Positions 50,260 through 59,324 of a stretch of DNA of 64,000 bases are shown here, in pieces; within the stretch, counting starts at the first letter, position 1; the number at the start of each line of letters is the position of its first letter. Both the position numbers and the translations under genes were made by a program. The notes beneath the pieces are model-generated. The model worked only from the letters and a program-made list of their open reading frames with translations. It did not search any database and had not been told where the DNA came from. The DNA is from Candidatus Latescibacterota bacterium (lineage in GTDB: Bacteria; Latescibacterota; UBA2968; GCA-2709665), in the NCBI GenBank assembly GCA_965203805.1, contig OZ241917.1, positions 5,600,001 through 5,664,000 of the forward strand. Direction: 5' to 3'.

Positions 50260-50715
50260 ATGACCATAGAAGACAGGACAATCGAACTCACCGTCCCGAT
50301 ACCCCCTCAATTAAGAGTCCTTCTGGTTATACTTGGCATCGTTCACGTCATCGGCGGCGCTCTCTTTCTCAGCACCGGACACGGCTTCTTCGGGATCCTG
50401 AATCTGGTCCTCGGTCCGTCGTGGCTGTCGTGGGGCCTGTTCTACGACCGGATCAACAGGCATGCCGTCGAGATTCATGAGGGGCACCTGAGCATCACCA
50501 GGGGCCTCTTCAGGAGCCGCAGAATACCGTGGGAGTCGATTTCGGGAATCCACTTTGAGTCGTGGAGGATGGACATTCGGGTTGCCCGAGGAAAGGCCGC
50601 CACAGTGAATTTCCGAGAAATCAGCTCTGGCACGAGCCGGCTGATACGAGACGAGATCGTCACCAAACTCAGACCCGTTGCCGAGGCCAGAGGGGTGTCC
50701 ATAGAGGGCGTTTAG
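50260..50715 (+). CDS. Hypothetical membrane protein
   Basis: GAGGA RBS, two transmembrane helices, then a PH-like beta region. Confidence 0.65.
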   Translation: MTIEDRTIELTVPIPPQLRVLLVILGIVHVIGGALFLSTGHGFFGILNLVLGPSWLSWGLFYDRINRHAVEIHEGHLSITRGLFRSRRIPWESISGIHFESWRMDIRVARGKAATVNFREISSGTSRLIRDEIVTKLRPVAEARGVSIEGV

Positions 50716-50829
50716 CCAACCTGGCACATCGATCATCGTTCATGCAAATCGCAGATGGGTGGCGTCCACTGAAGAAGCGTCTGGCGGGGCGCCGAGACGT
50801 ACAAGAAATTCTCGGGTACAGGACTGACT

Positions 50830-51573
50830 ATGAGCGATGCTTCGGCCGAAGGTCTCAACTATTTCGCGGAAATTGCGGACTCGTACGATCGGGTCCAGCC
50901 GGTCCTGAGCCCTCCTTACGCGACCGGTATCGAGATGATCGTCGATCTGATTCCCTTCGGCTCGGGCGAACCGTTCGAGTTCGTGGATCTCGGGTGCGGC
51001 ACGGCCGAGCCGACGGCGAGGGTGCTGGCGCAATTTCGCCGGTCCGAAGGCAGTTGCATCGACAGTGAACCGGAAATGCTGCGGATCGCGAAGCGCAAAC
51101 TGACGCCGTACGGGGACAGGATCGAATTACGGGAAGCGGACATCACCCGTTGCGCGCTCCCGCCGTGCGACGTGGTGTTTTCGGCGAAGACGTTCCACCA
51201 TATACATCCCGACAATCTGCCCGCGCTGTTTGCGCGGATCGTGGCCGCGTTACGGCAGGGCGGGTGTTTCATCCTCTACGATACGATGTCGGTCGGCCCT
51301 GGTTGGACGGCGGCGGTGCGGCAGCAATCGACCCGATACCGCGAACGTCACGTCCAGCGCGCGATCGACTCAGGATTGGTGACGCGGGAGGAAATCGACG
51401 CCAGGCGGGAATACAAACGAATGATGAAGGCGGCGGGGAAAGACATTGAATACGAGCATCGTGCGGAGGACCTCATCCACGCGATGACGGAGGCGGGGTT
51501 CGACGACGTCGCCGTCGTGTGGCGCCTATTCGCCGACACGATCCTGCTGGCGTTCGTGCCGGGCAATTCCTGA
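50830..51573 (+). CDS. Class I SAM-dependent methyltransferase
   Basis: VDLGCGT, IDSEPEML, FHH, LRQGG. Confidence 0.9.
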   Translation: MSDASAEGLNYFAEIADSYDRVQPVLSPPYATGIEMIVDLIPFGSGEPFEFVDLGCGTAEPTARVLAQFRRSEGSCIDSEPEMLRIAKRKLTPYGDRIELREADITRCALPPCDVVFSAKTFHHIHPDNLPALFARIVAALRQGGCFILYDTMSVGPGWTAAVRQQSTRYRERHVQRAIDSGLVTREEIDARREYKRMMKAAGKDIEYEHRAEDLIHAMTEAGFDDVAVVWRLFADTILLAFVPGNS

Positions 51574-51642
51574 CGAGAATGCGCTCGCTCACTCGCTGAC
51601 TTCCTCCCGCAACTCCTCAGGAGAATAGCTAAAGATAGGTAC

Positions 51643-52952
51643 GGAAGCTCTGATTAAGTTACCTATTGGCACGCCATGCAGAAAGTCGTAGAATTGGAGC
51701 GTGAGCCGTCGTGTTGTGATTTCTGATGGATCGACATAGAACGAGGGGCCCAGGGATGAAACAAATGAGTTTTTCGGATCTGGCGTACAGGACGAAGAAG
51801 AAGCAGACGCGCAGGGAACGTTTTCTGAAAGAGATGGATGCGGTGTTGCCGTGGGAGATACTGCTTAAATCGATTGAGAGGAAGTATCCGAAACCTGGCA
51901 ACGGTCGCCTGCCTGCCGAGTCGGCGCAGGCAGGTCGTCCGATCGGTGCGGAGGTGATGCTGCGTATCTACTTTATGCAACAATGGTATGGATTGAGCGA
52001 TCCGGGAATGGAAGACAGTCTCTACGACGTGGAGTCGATGCGTCCCTGCCTGCTGCAGGCAGGGCTTTGCGGGTGTGAACATCAACGGCGTACCTGATGA
52101 GACGACGATCTGCAAATTCCGTCACTTTCTGGAGCACCATGGGTTGACGGAAGCGTTGTTTCGGCAAACGAAGCGCTACTTGTCCAGGCGGGGATTGATC
52201 GTGAACGAAGGCACGATCGTGGATGCCACGATCATTCACGCGCCTTCTTCGACGAAGAACAAGGATCGGAAACGGGATCCTGAAATGGCCAGCACGAAGA
52301 AGGGCAACACGTGGCATTTCGGCATGAAGGCGCACGTGGGCGCGGATGTGAAGGGACGGGTGCACAGTGTGGTGACCACCCCCGCTTCGGTGCATGATTC
52401 GCAGGCGATGGATGCCTGTCTGCACGGAAAAGAAAAGACCATCTACGGCGACAAGGCCTATGCGGATCAGACGCGAAAAGAACGGGCCGAAGCCAACGAC
52501 GTGGAATGGCGAGTGCTTCGCAAGGCCCGCCGGGGCAAGCGGCTCAACTGCGCGGATGTTTCGTTCAACAAGAAGAGCAATCGCACGCGCGCACGGGTCC
52601 CTGCCTGTGCGTGCTGTCTCACGCACGCAGACAGGGAACATCCCTTTGGGATCATCAAACACCTGTGGGGCTACCGAAAGGTCAGGTATCGCGGTCTGGC
52701 GAAGAATACGGCGCATCTGTTCACCTTGTTTGCCTTGGCTAACTTCCATATGGCACGTCAGGAACTGGCTACTACATAGGCACCCGTGCCTCCAATTCGG
52801 ACGCTGGCGGCCAAAATGGCCGGCACCGAGCGCATCCGGGGCCGGAATCACCCGTGCAAACCCGAAAGATGACGACCCTCTCAACATAAACAGCCTCCGA
52901 AACGACCCATAAGTTACAACTTGCTCATTCCCTCTGGTTGATCAGAGGTTCC
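51643..52952 (+). mobile_element. IS5-family insertion sequence
   Basis: Terminal inverted repeats GGAAGCTCTGATTAA and TTGATCAGAGGTTCC; 4-bp target duplication GTAC. Confidence 0.93.
51756..52779 (+). pseudogene. IS5 transposase carrying three hairpin insertions (one frameshifting)
   Basis: MLRIYFMQQWY, PDETTI, IVDATII, HFGMKAH, YGDKAY, EHPF..K, VRYRGL; insertions at 51908-51934, 52045-52063 and 52600-52635. Confidence 0.92.
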
Positions 52953-53257
52953 GTACCTGTTGTTGGCCAAGTAGCTCCATGAAGTCGCGCTTGGTCTGAC
53001 CGGCGGTTCTAGCCGCCTGTCCAAGTGACACTTTCCCAGTCTCATAGAGTTTGATGGCAAGGAGTATCTTCGCTTCCTCTAGTGACAGTCCGGACGGAAG
53101 CTCGACTCTCAAATCCGTTGTTACCATAGTCATTGTCCCCGTGGACGAAAATTCGCAAGTCTTCGTGACTTAAGAGTGGCCATGTTCACTGCCAGGTAGA
53201 ATATAAATTAACCAGGATCAAAGTCAAAATCCATAACTTCCGGATAACTGTCCGCCG

Positions 53258-54121
53258 CTATTGCGGTCCGGCGCTGACCACGGGCTGCGTCGATTCGTGA
53301 GAGCAGAGGACGACCAGCAGATTGCTGACCATATTCGCACGTTGTTCCTCGTTCAGCTTGATCACGTCGTCGTCCGTCAGGCGCGTCAAAGCCATTTCCA
53401 CCATCCCGACGGCGCCGTCGACGATTTTCGCGCGTGCCGAAATGACCGCCTCGGCCTGCTGGCGCTGGAGCATGGCATTGGCGATTTCCGGTGCGTAGGC
53501 CAGGTGGTTGATCCGCGCCTCCTCGATCTCGACGCCGGCTTCCTGGACACGGTCCTGAATCTCTTTCCCGAGGGATTCGGAGACCTCGGTGATCGAGGAC
53601 CTGAGGCTGATCTCCTCGCCTTCCGACTGATCGTACGGGTAGCTCGTTGCAAGGTGTCTGATTGCCGATTCCGACTGGACCTTGACGTACTGTTCGTAGT
53701 TGTCCACGTCGAACAGGGCCTGAGCGGCGACGCGCACTCTCCACACGATGACGGCCGAGATCTCTATGGGATTGCCCCGGCTGTCGTTGACCTTCAGACG
53801 TTCGCTGTCGAAATTCCTGACACGCAGGGAAACTTTCGTCCGGCTCTTGAACGGGTTCGTCCAACGGAATCCCTGAGTCGTCTCGGTGCCCTTATACTCG
53901 CCGAAGAGCAGGAGAACGACGCACTGATTCGGTTCCACAGCGAATAACCCGGTCATGAGGATAATGTCGATGACGAGAAGCAGGATGGACGCGACAACGG
54001 GAACGGGGCCGCCGCCCGTCACACCATGTATGAACACCACCACGGACACGGCGAGAAGCACAAGCGTTACGAACAACATCAACCAGCCGCTCATCTGGGG
54101 GGTGTTTCTATCTTCCGTCAT
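53258..54121 (-). CDS. SPFH/band 7 domain membrane protein
   Basis: [41 protein letters not shown]. Confidence 0.9.
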   Translation of the reverse strand: MTEDRNTPQMSGWLMLFVTLVLLAVSVVVFIHGVTGGGPVPVVASILLLVIDIILMTGLFAVEPNQCVVLLLFGEYKGTETTQGFRWTNPFKSRTKVSLRVRNFDSERLKVNDSRGNPIEISAVIVWRVRVAAQALFDVDNYEQYVKVQSESAIRHLATSYPYDQSEGEEISLRSSITEVSESLGKEIQDRVQEAGVEIEEARINHLAYAPEIANAMLQRQQAEAVISARAKIVDGAVGMVEMALTRLTDDDVIKLNEEQRANMVSNLLVVLCSHESTQPVVSAGPQ

Positions 54122-54339
54122 GGGAGACCTCCGTAGAATGAAATTGGATTGACCCGGGCATGGGTACGATGTCGAAGGGCGTTCCCGCGGTATTCAGGCC
54201 CGGCGCACACGCACAAGTACGACGCGATCGCATTGCATTTTGTTTCGGAAACGACAAGGAAACAACCGTGTTTCCGCATCTGTGAATAACCCATGCAGAT
54301 TGCATAGGTGTCGTCGTTTCCGTTCACAAACCGAATGGG

Positions 54340-54830
54340 CACTCATATCATCTCCCGTCTTACGTCTACCCTCTCACCGTTCTCCCGGGAGCGAGGGCAT
54401 CTTGCCCTCGAAACGCCGTTCTGGTCCTGCCACATGACGGCGTTGACGTCAATGGGTTGGTTTTGGTTCAAGCTGACGGCTGCCTTTTGCTGCTTCTCTC
54501 CCCGGACCTACCCCCTAACCCCCTTCCTGAGAGGAAGGGGGAACGGTGACGGGTCGATGGACCGGGCATGTAAGTGTGCCGGCTGGCGATTTCCTGTCAA
54601 TCAGAGTATCTAAAGATGACCGGCCCGCGACGCCTGACTTTTCTCCCCCTCTCCTCACAGGAGAGGGTCCCTGCCTGGCGGTGGTTTTTCGGCAGGCAGG
54701 GGGGAGAGGTCTGCGCCCATCGACGGCAGATTTCGCCAGGCCGTTTCGTCGTCCCGTGGACGCGGGGTTATCCTCTCCCGTCTCCCGTCTAACGTCTACC
54801 CCTGGGAAGGGGCCAAGGGGAGAGGTCTCC
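54340..54830. repeat. Composite intergenic repeat cluster including a 31-nt mini-hairpin insertion at 54670-54700
   Basis: Shares units with repeats at 5850-6025, 39505-39680, 44600-44836 and 55790-55870. Confidence 0.75.
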
Positions 54831-54843
54831 AGAGTCAATTATC

Positions 54844-55578
54844 ATGCTGACGCAGATCTCATCTTCCGTTTTCTCCTGGTCAGAGATACATGGCGCGGGC
54901 AGAAACGAGCTCTATCCGTGGAACAGCTTTGTCGTCCGTACGAATCCCGGCGACGCCCTGGTCCTCGTCGATCCGCTGCAAATCCCGGATGAAGAAGCGA
55001 GAGAAGTCGAAGCCATGGGCAGTCCCGTGCACATTCTCCTTACCTGCGAGTACCACGTGCGCGAATCGGAGGCATTCAGGGACCGCTGGGGCTGCAACAT
55101 TCACCTCCACCCGGACGGATTGGAACATTCCGAAGTGGCGATCGACGCAGCCTTTCAGGACGGAGACCTGCTGTGGGACCGTATCGAAGTGGTCCACATT
55201 CCCGACGCCCACTACCCGGAAGAGGTCGCGTTTCTGGTGCGGGAAGACGGAGATACAGTGATCGTGGGGGATGCCGTCTGCGGCGGAAGAAAGGACAGAG
55301 GCGTTCCGGACGGTGAAATCTGGATAAATGCCCCGGAGTACATCGCCGATCTCTCGCTGGCGCGAGAATCCCTTCGCAAGTTGGCGGGATATTCATTCGA
55401 TAAAATGTGCTTCGGACATGGATCACCGATCATTCGGAACGCCAGCGTTCGGTTTCGTGAATTCGTCGAAGACGACGCGGCCTGGGATAAGCTTGAATCC
55501 GAGAAAATCGAGCGAACCAACCCCGAGTCGCTCGAATTCATCAGGACAATGGAAGCGAGAAAAACCCGTTGCGGATAA
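54844..55578 (+). CDS. Metallo-beta-lactamase-fold protein
   Basis: VLVDP, HILLTCEYHVR, IVGDA, CFGHG. Confidence 0.75.
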   Translation: MLTQISSSVFSWSEIHGAGRNELYPWNSFVVRTNPGDALVLVDPLQIPDEEAREVEAMGSPVHILLTCEYHVRESEAFRDRWGCNIHLHPDGLEHSEVAIDAAFQDGDLLWDRIEVVHIPDAHYPEEVAFLVREDGDTVIVGDAVCGGRKDRGVPDGEIWINAPEYIADLSLARESLRKLAGYSFDKMCFGHGSPIIRNASVRFREFVEDDAAWDKLESEKIERTNPESLEFIRTMEARKTRCG

Positions 55579-55649
55579 GGCTGTGATCGGATAGTGGTGA
55601 GAGGTTCCCGGGATCGAGGGCATCCTGCCCTTGCCGGGTTGTGTAGGGG

Positions 55650-55682
55650 CCTGCCTGCAGCGCAGTACGCTGCGCAGGCAGG
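55650..55682. repeat. 33-nt mini-hairpin insertion in a GTAG REP
   Basis: TGTAGGGG[CCTGCCTGCAGCGCAGTACGCTGCGCAGGCAGG]CAACCCTTGTGGTTGCCC. Confidence 0.9.
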
Positions 55683-55823
55683 CAACCCTTGTGGTTGCCC
55701 GCCTAACCGGTGTTTCGGATATTACCGTTTGTATTTCGTTGTGCCTCTTTGTCTCCGTGTGATTTCATTTTCGGCATAAGCCGACGCCTGCTTTTGCTCC
55801 CCCTCTCCTCACAGGAAAGGGGG

Positions 55824-55856
55824 CCTGCCTGCCGAGCAGGTCTCGGCGCAGGCAGG
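55824..55856. repeat. 33-nt mini-hairpin insertion in a repeat
   Basis: AGGGGG[CCTGCCTGCCGAGCAGGTCTCGGCGCAGGCAGG]CCGGGGGGAGAGG; empty site at about 44690-44710. Confidence 0.9.
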
Positions 55857-56109
55857 CCGGGGGGAGAGGTCACCAAACAATGGGGAGACGTAAGCCGTGA
55901 GACGGTAGAGGGCTTCTTTGCCCGATTGGTTCTCTCTTTATGCCTCCGGCAAGATATGATACCGAACAGGCGATCACATCATCTTCCGTCTCCAGTTTCC
56001 CAGCTCTTCAGGCACTCACATCATCTCCCGTTTCACGTCTAACCTCTCACCGCCTTTAGCTGACTGCTGAAGGCTGATCGCTAACGTCTGCAACAAAGGA
56101 GGTTTCTCG

Positions 56110-56505
56110 ATGTCACAGGACAACGGCTCAGGCCTCTCGGTGATCGGTCAGATATCCGTGACCGTTCAGGACCTCGACCGTGCGGTCGAATTTTATCGTG
56201 ATCAATTGGGAATGCAATTCCTCTTCCGCGTTCCCGGGATGGCGTTTTTCAACTGTTCGGGTGTTCGCCTGTTGCTGGGCCTGTCAGAGGATGAATCGTC
56301 GGATGTAAACGCATCCGTGATCTATTACAAGGTGGACGACCTCGAAGGCACGCATGACGCGTTTCGGTCGCGAGGCATTTCGTTCGACAGCGCCCCTCAC
56401 AAGATTGCCGATATGCCCGACCATGAGCTGTGGATGGCCTTTTTTCGGGACTCCGAAATGAATCTCATGGCCCTGATGGCCGAGAAGCCGGTAAAATTGC
56501 AATAG
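56110..56505 (+). CDS. VOC/glyoxalase family protein
   Basis: IGQISVTVQDLDRAVEFYRDQLG, WMAFFRDSEMN; AAGGAGG RBS. Confidence 0.9.
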   Translation: MSQDNGSGLSVIGQISVTVQDLDRAVEFYRDQLGMQFLFRVPGMAFFNCSGVRLLLGLSEDESSDVNASVIYYKVDDLEGTHDAFRSRGISFDSAPHKIADMPDHELWMAFFRDSEMNLMALMAEKPVKLQ

Positions 56506-56517
56506 AGTGCCCGCGAT

Positions 56518-56973
56518 ATGGACGACCTTCGAAATCTATCGTTTTCATTTAAATGCATCATCGACCGTCCCGTTGACGAAGTCTTCACGGCCATCACGGA
56601 CCGGGCATCGATCAGTACATTCTTCACCGACGACGCAAGCGCCGGGCTGGAAGCCGGGAAGACAGTCTTCTGGCGCTTCGGCGACGTCGAGGTGGATGTT
56701 TGCGTAGAGGAAGTGATTCCTAATCGGAGGATCGTCTGCAATTGGCCGGCCAGTGGCGACGTGGGTTACCGGACGCGGTTTGTGTTCGATTTCGAAGCGC
56801 TGAACGGCGGAACGAGGGTTTCGGTGAGGGAGTCCGGATGGCGACGCGATCAGGCGGGCATCGACAGCGCCTTCGATCAGTGCTCGGGCTGGACCCATTT
56901 CTTCGCGAGCCTGAAGGCGCGCCTGGAGCACCACGTGGACCTCAAGCGCTTCTATGACGATTCCGGACAATGA
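56518..56973 (+). CDS. SRPBCC/AHSA1 domain protein
   Basis: IDRPVDEVFTA, PNRRIVCNW, GW..FFASLKARLE. Confidence 0.88.
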   Translation: MDDLRNLSFSFKCIIDRPVDEVFTAITDRASISTFFTDDASAGLEAGKTVFWRFGDVEVDVCVEEVIPNRRIVCNWPASGDVGYRTRFVFDFEALNGGTRVSVRESGWRRDQAGIDSAFDQCSGWTHFFASLKARLEHHVDLKRFYDDSGQ

Positions 56974-57208
56974 TCTGCCGGCGTCCGGCGGGCGATTTCC
57001 GTCAAGTTGCCGATAAACATTGAATTAAACGGCGCGCTACTCCCGGAAAACCGGCTGACGGCGCGTTTTGTGTTTCGATTGCGTCGTACACAGTGCGCGG
57101 ACCGGTCATTTCCCGGCCCGCGGGTCGGCCAGATTTACGAGCCTGCCTTTCTATAGTGAACCTTTGCCCGTCGAGTCACGCCTTGTAGGGCAAAGGACAC
57201 GTGATCAA

Positions 57209-58606
57209 ATGACCGATCCATACGACCAACTATTGGCGAAACAGGTCCGGCAGGGCAACGAAGACGCTTTCGTTACCCTGATCCGGCGCTACGAACGCGT
57301 GCTGGCAGGCCTGATCCGCTCCCGGACCGGGTCCGGCGACCATGTCCAGGACGTGCTGCAGGAGACCCTGGTTCACGTCTGGATGGGGCTGCGTCGGATG
57401 ACGCCGCGCGACGTGCGTCCGTGGCTGCTGCAGGTGGCCCGAAACCGCTGTCGTGATTTCTTCAGATCTTCCCAGCGCCGCGAACTGTACGTCGAGACTG
57501 AAGTCCTCGGGCCCATGGTCAACCGTCTCGGCATCGCTCAGTCCCGGCAGCGGGAGGCCGCTGATGACATTGTTGAAGCGATGGACGAAGTTCCCCATCG
57601 AGAGCGGGCCGCCCTGCGGGCATTCTATCTGGAAGGTCTGAGCATTGCGGAAATCGCCGACCGCCACGGCTGTCCCGACGGCACGGTCAAGCGCCGCCTT
57701 TCTTACGGTAGAGAGCGGATCCGGAACGTACTGGGAATCACCCCAAAGATATTCACCCCAAAGATGAGGAACACCGACATGGATACACCAAAACAAGCTT
57801 TTCCGACGCAGATGCCCGAATTACGCATTCGGCCGAGCAACGAGAAGCCGTTCCGAATTGATTTCAAGGAAATGGCCTGGTGGTTCATCCAGCCCGAGGT
57901 GGGAGACCGTGCAGCCTGGGGTTTGTATGAACCGCCGACAGAAGGCGGCGAGCCCTGGAAGCTCTCCGAAACCGTCAGGATGATCGCTCGCCGTCCGGCG
58001 GTGATCCATGGACGGCCCTGTGTCGAGGTGGAAGTGGAGGAGGAGATGATTCGCGCAAACCCCTCCCGCGAAAAGAAGAGCCGAGTCTGGGGGCTACTGA
58101 CCGACGACGAGGTGGAGTGGATCGCCGTGGAATCGCTGCGTCCCGATGGAACACGGGAACTGGAGACGTTTCTCGACGAAAGGTTTTACGAGGATTGGGA
58201 CAGCACGCCGCGACTGGTCGAGGATCGCGGCGCCCTTCGGCCCCTGGGCGACGGCGTCTTCGCCACACAGGCCGGAGCCGCCCAGATCAACGGGGTCGGG
58301 GTTTTCGACGTACAGATCGGCAGGCGGCATTTCACCTGCCTGCGCGTCTTCGAGATCATCAAATACAAACAGTCCGCAGAGCGCGGGCAAATAATCGAAG
58401 CCTACATCACGCGGGCGGGACGCACGGTATTGTACCGCCGTTACAACGGCAACCGCAGGGGCAAGCACGATGCCCCTCCCCACAATTCGGGGGAGGCGAT
58501 GACCTGGGAAGAGGACCTGCCCCATGCCGCCCGCCTCGTGGTCGACGGAGTCACCTTCGTGCACCACTACGACGAACTGACGGCCGTGGCATGCGGAATC
58601 GCCTGA
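57209..58606 (+). CDS. ECF sigma-70 factor with long C-terminal extension
   Basis: DVLQETL..W..WLLQVARN (region 2) and LSIAEIA..GTVKRRLSYGR (region 4), plus about 280 further aa. Confidence 0.85.
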   Translation: MTDPYDQLLAKQVRQGNEDAFVTLIRRYERVLAGLIRSRTGSGDHVQDVLQETLVHVWMGLRRMTPRDVRPWLLQVARNRCRDFFRSSQRRELYVETEVLGPMVNRLGIAQSRQREAADDIVEAMDEVPHRERAALRAFYLEGLSIAEIADRHGCPDGTVKRRLSYGRERIRNVLGITPKIFTPKMRNTDMDTPKQAFPTQMPELRIRPSNEKPFRIDFKEMAWWFIQPEVGDRAAWGLYEPPTEGGEPWKLSETVRMIARRPAVIHGRPCVEVEVEEEMIRANPSREKKSRVWGLLTDDEVEWIAVESLRPDGTRELETFLDERFYEDWDSTPRLVEDRGALRPLGDGVFATQAGAAQINGVGVFDVQIGRRHFTCLRVFEIIKYKQSAERGQIIEAYITRAGRTVLYRRYNGNRRGKHDAPPHNSGEAMTWEEDLPHAARLVVDGVTFVHHYDELTAVACGIA

Positions 58607-58637
58607 TTGACGGTCGTCGTGTGAGGTCCGGGTTCGA

Positions 58638-59210
58638 CTACTGGACCCGACGGTATTTCATCGTGTGCGCCATTGTCTCCTTGCCGTTCTCGTACATCGT
58701 CCAGGTCTGCGACATCTCGTCCTTCCTGTTGAACGCGATCGAGACGGAGTGCATGTGCGCCTCGTCGGGCGAATCGAGAGAGCCCTCCACCAGCGCCATC
58801 GTGATCACGCCGTCGGTTGAGCCCGTCAGGCGCATCTGCGGCTGATTGCCCTTCGCGCAATAGTGGGTCATCCACAGCTTGCCGCGCCGGTCGTGGTACA
58901 CGGAAATCATCTCCATCGGCGTATCCGGGAAGTTGCGCTCCACGATGACACTGCCGTTGGCCGCCAGCCGGTACTCCGTTGCAACCGTTGTCATCGCGCC
59001 CTTCCCGCCTTCGGAACCGCCGCCGGGCTTCGGCATCTCAGACTCCCAGCGCCCGACCAGCGCTTTCAGTCGCTCGAACTCCGCCGAACCTGCAGCTGGC
59101 GCGGCCTGCGAGTCGCCCTTCCCTCCGGGCGCACCTCCGTCGTCACCTGCAAAAACCGAAATTGCCGCGATCGCGAGCAAAACCGGCAGGGCAGATATGG
59201 CTCTCTTCAT
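58638..59210 (-). CDS. Secreted hypothetical beta-barrel protein
   Basis: Signal peptide; FERLKALVGRW and MTHYCAKGNQPQM; AAGGAG RBS. Confidence 0.75.
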   Translation of the reverse strand: MKRAISALPVLLAIAAISVFAGDDGGAPGGKGDSQAAPAAGSAEFERLKALVGRWESEMPKPGGGSEGGKGAMTTVATEYRLAANGSVIVERNFPDTPMEMISVYHDRRGKLWMTHYCAKGNQPQMRLTGSTDGVITMALVEGSLDSPDEAHMHSVSIAFNRKDEMSQTWTMYENGKETMAHTMKYRRVQ

Positions 59211-59324
59211 TCGGGTTGCTCCTTTCTGAAGTGTAGAAGAAAAACACCTGCGGCAACGAGATGCGTCATCGCATACGAATTCATTTGAGCATCTGTCGTA
59301 CAAATGACGTAACTTGCCTATTCT

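Larger units (their letters stand above)
51589..53133 (-). pseudogene. UPF0175-family antitoxin-like gene split by IS5
   Basis: [24 protein letters not shown] continues as PIFSYSPEELREEVSE-stop on the far side of the IS. Confidence 0.85.

Noticed and set aside
3348-55856. Hairpin repeats as a CRISPR array
   Set aside because: Copies are dispersed, not regularly spaced direct repeats with spacers, and no cas genes are present.
58334-58341. Isolated CCTGCCTG or CAGGCAGG 8-mers in genes (also about 47884 and 63667)
   Set aside because: Single arms within normal coding sequence, with no partner arm.
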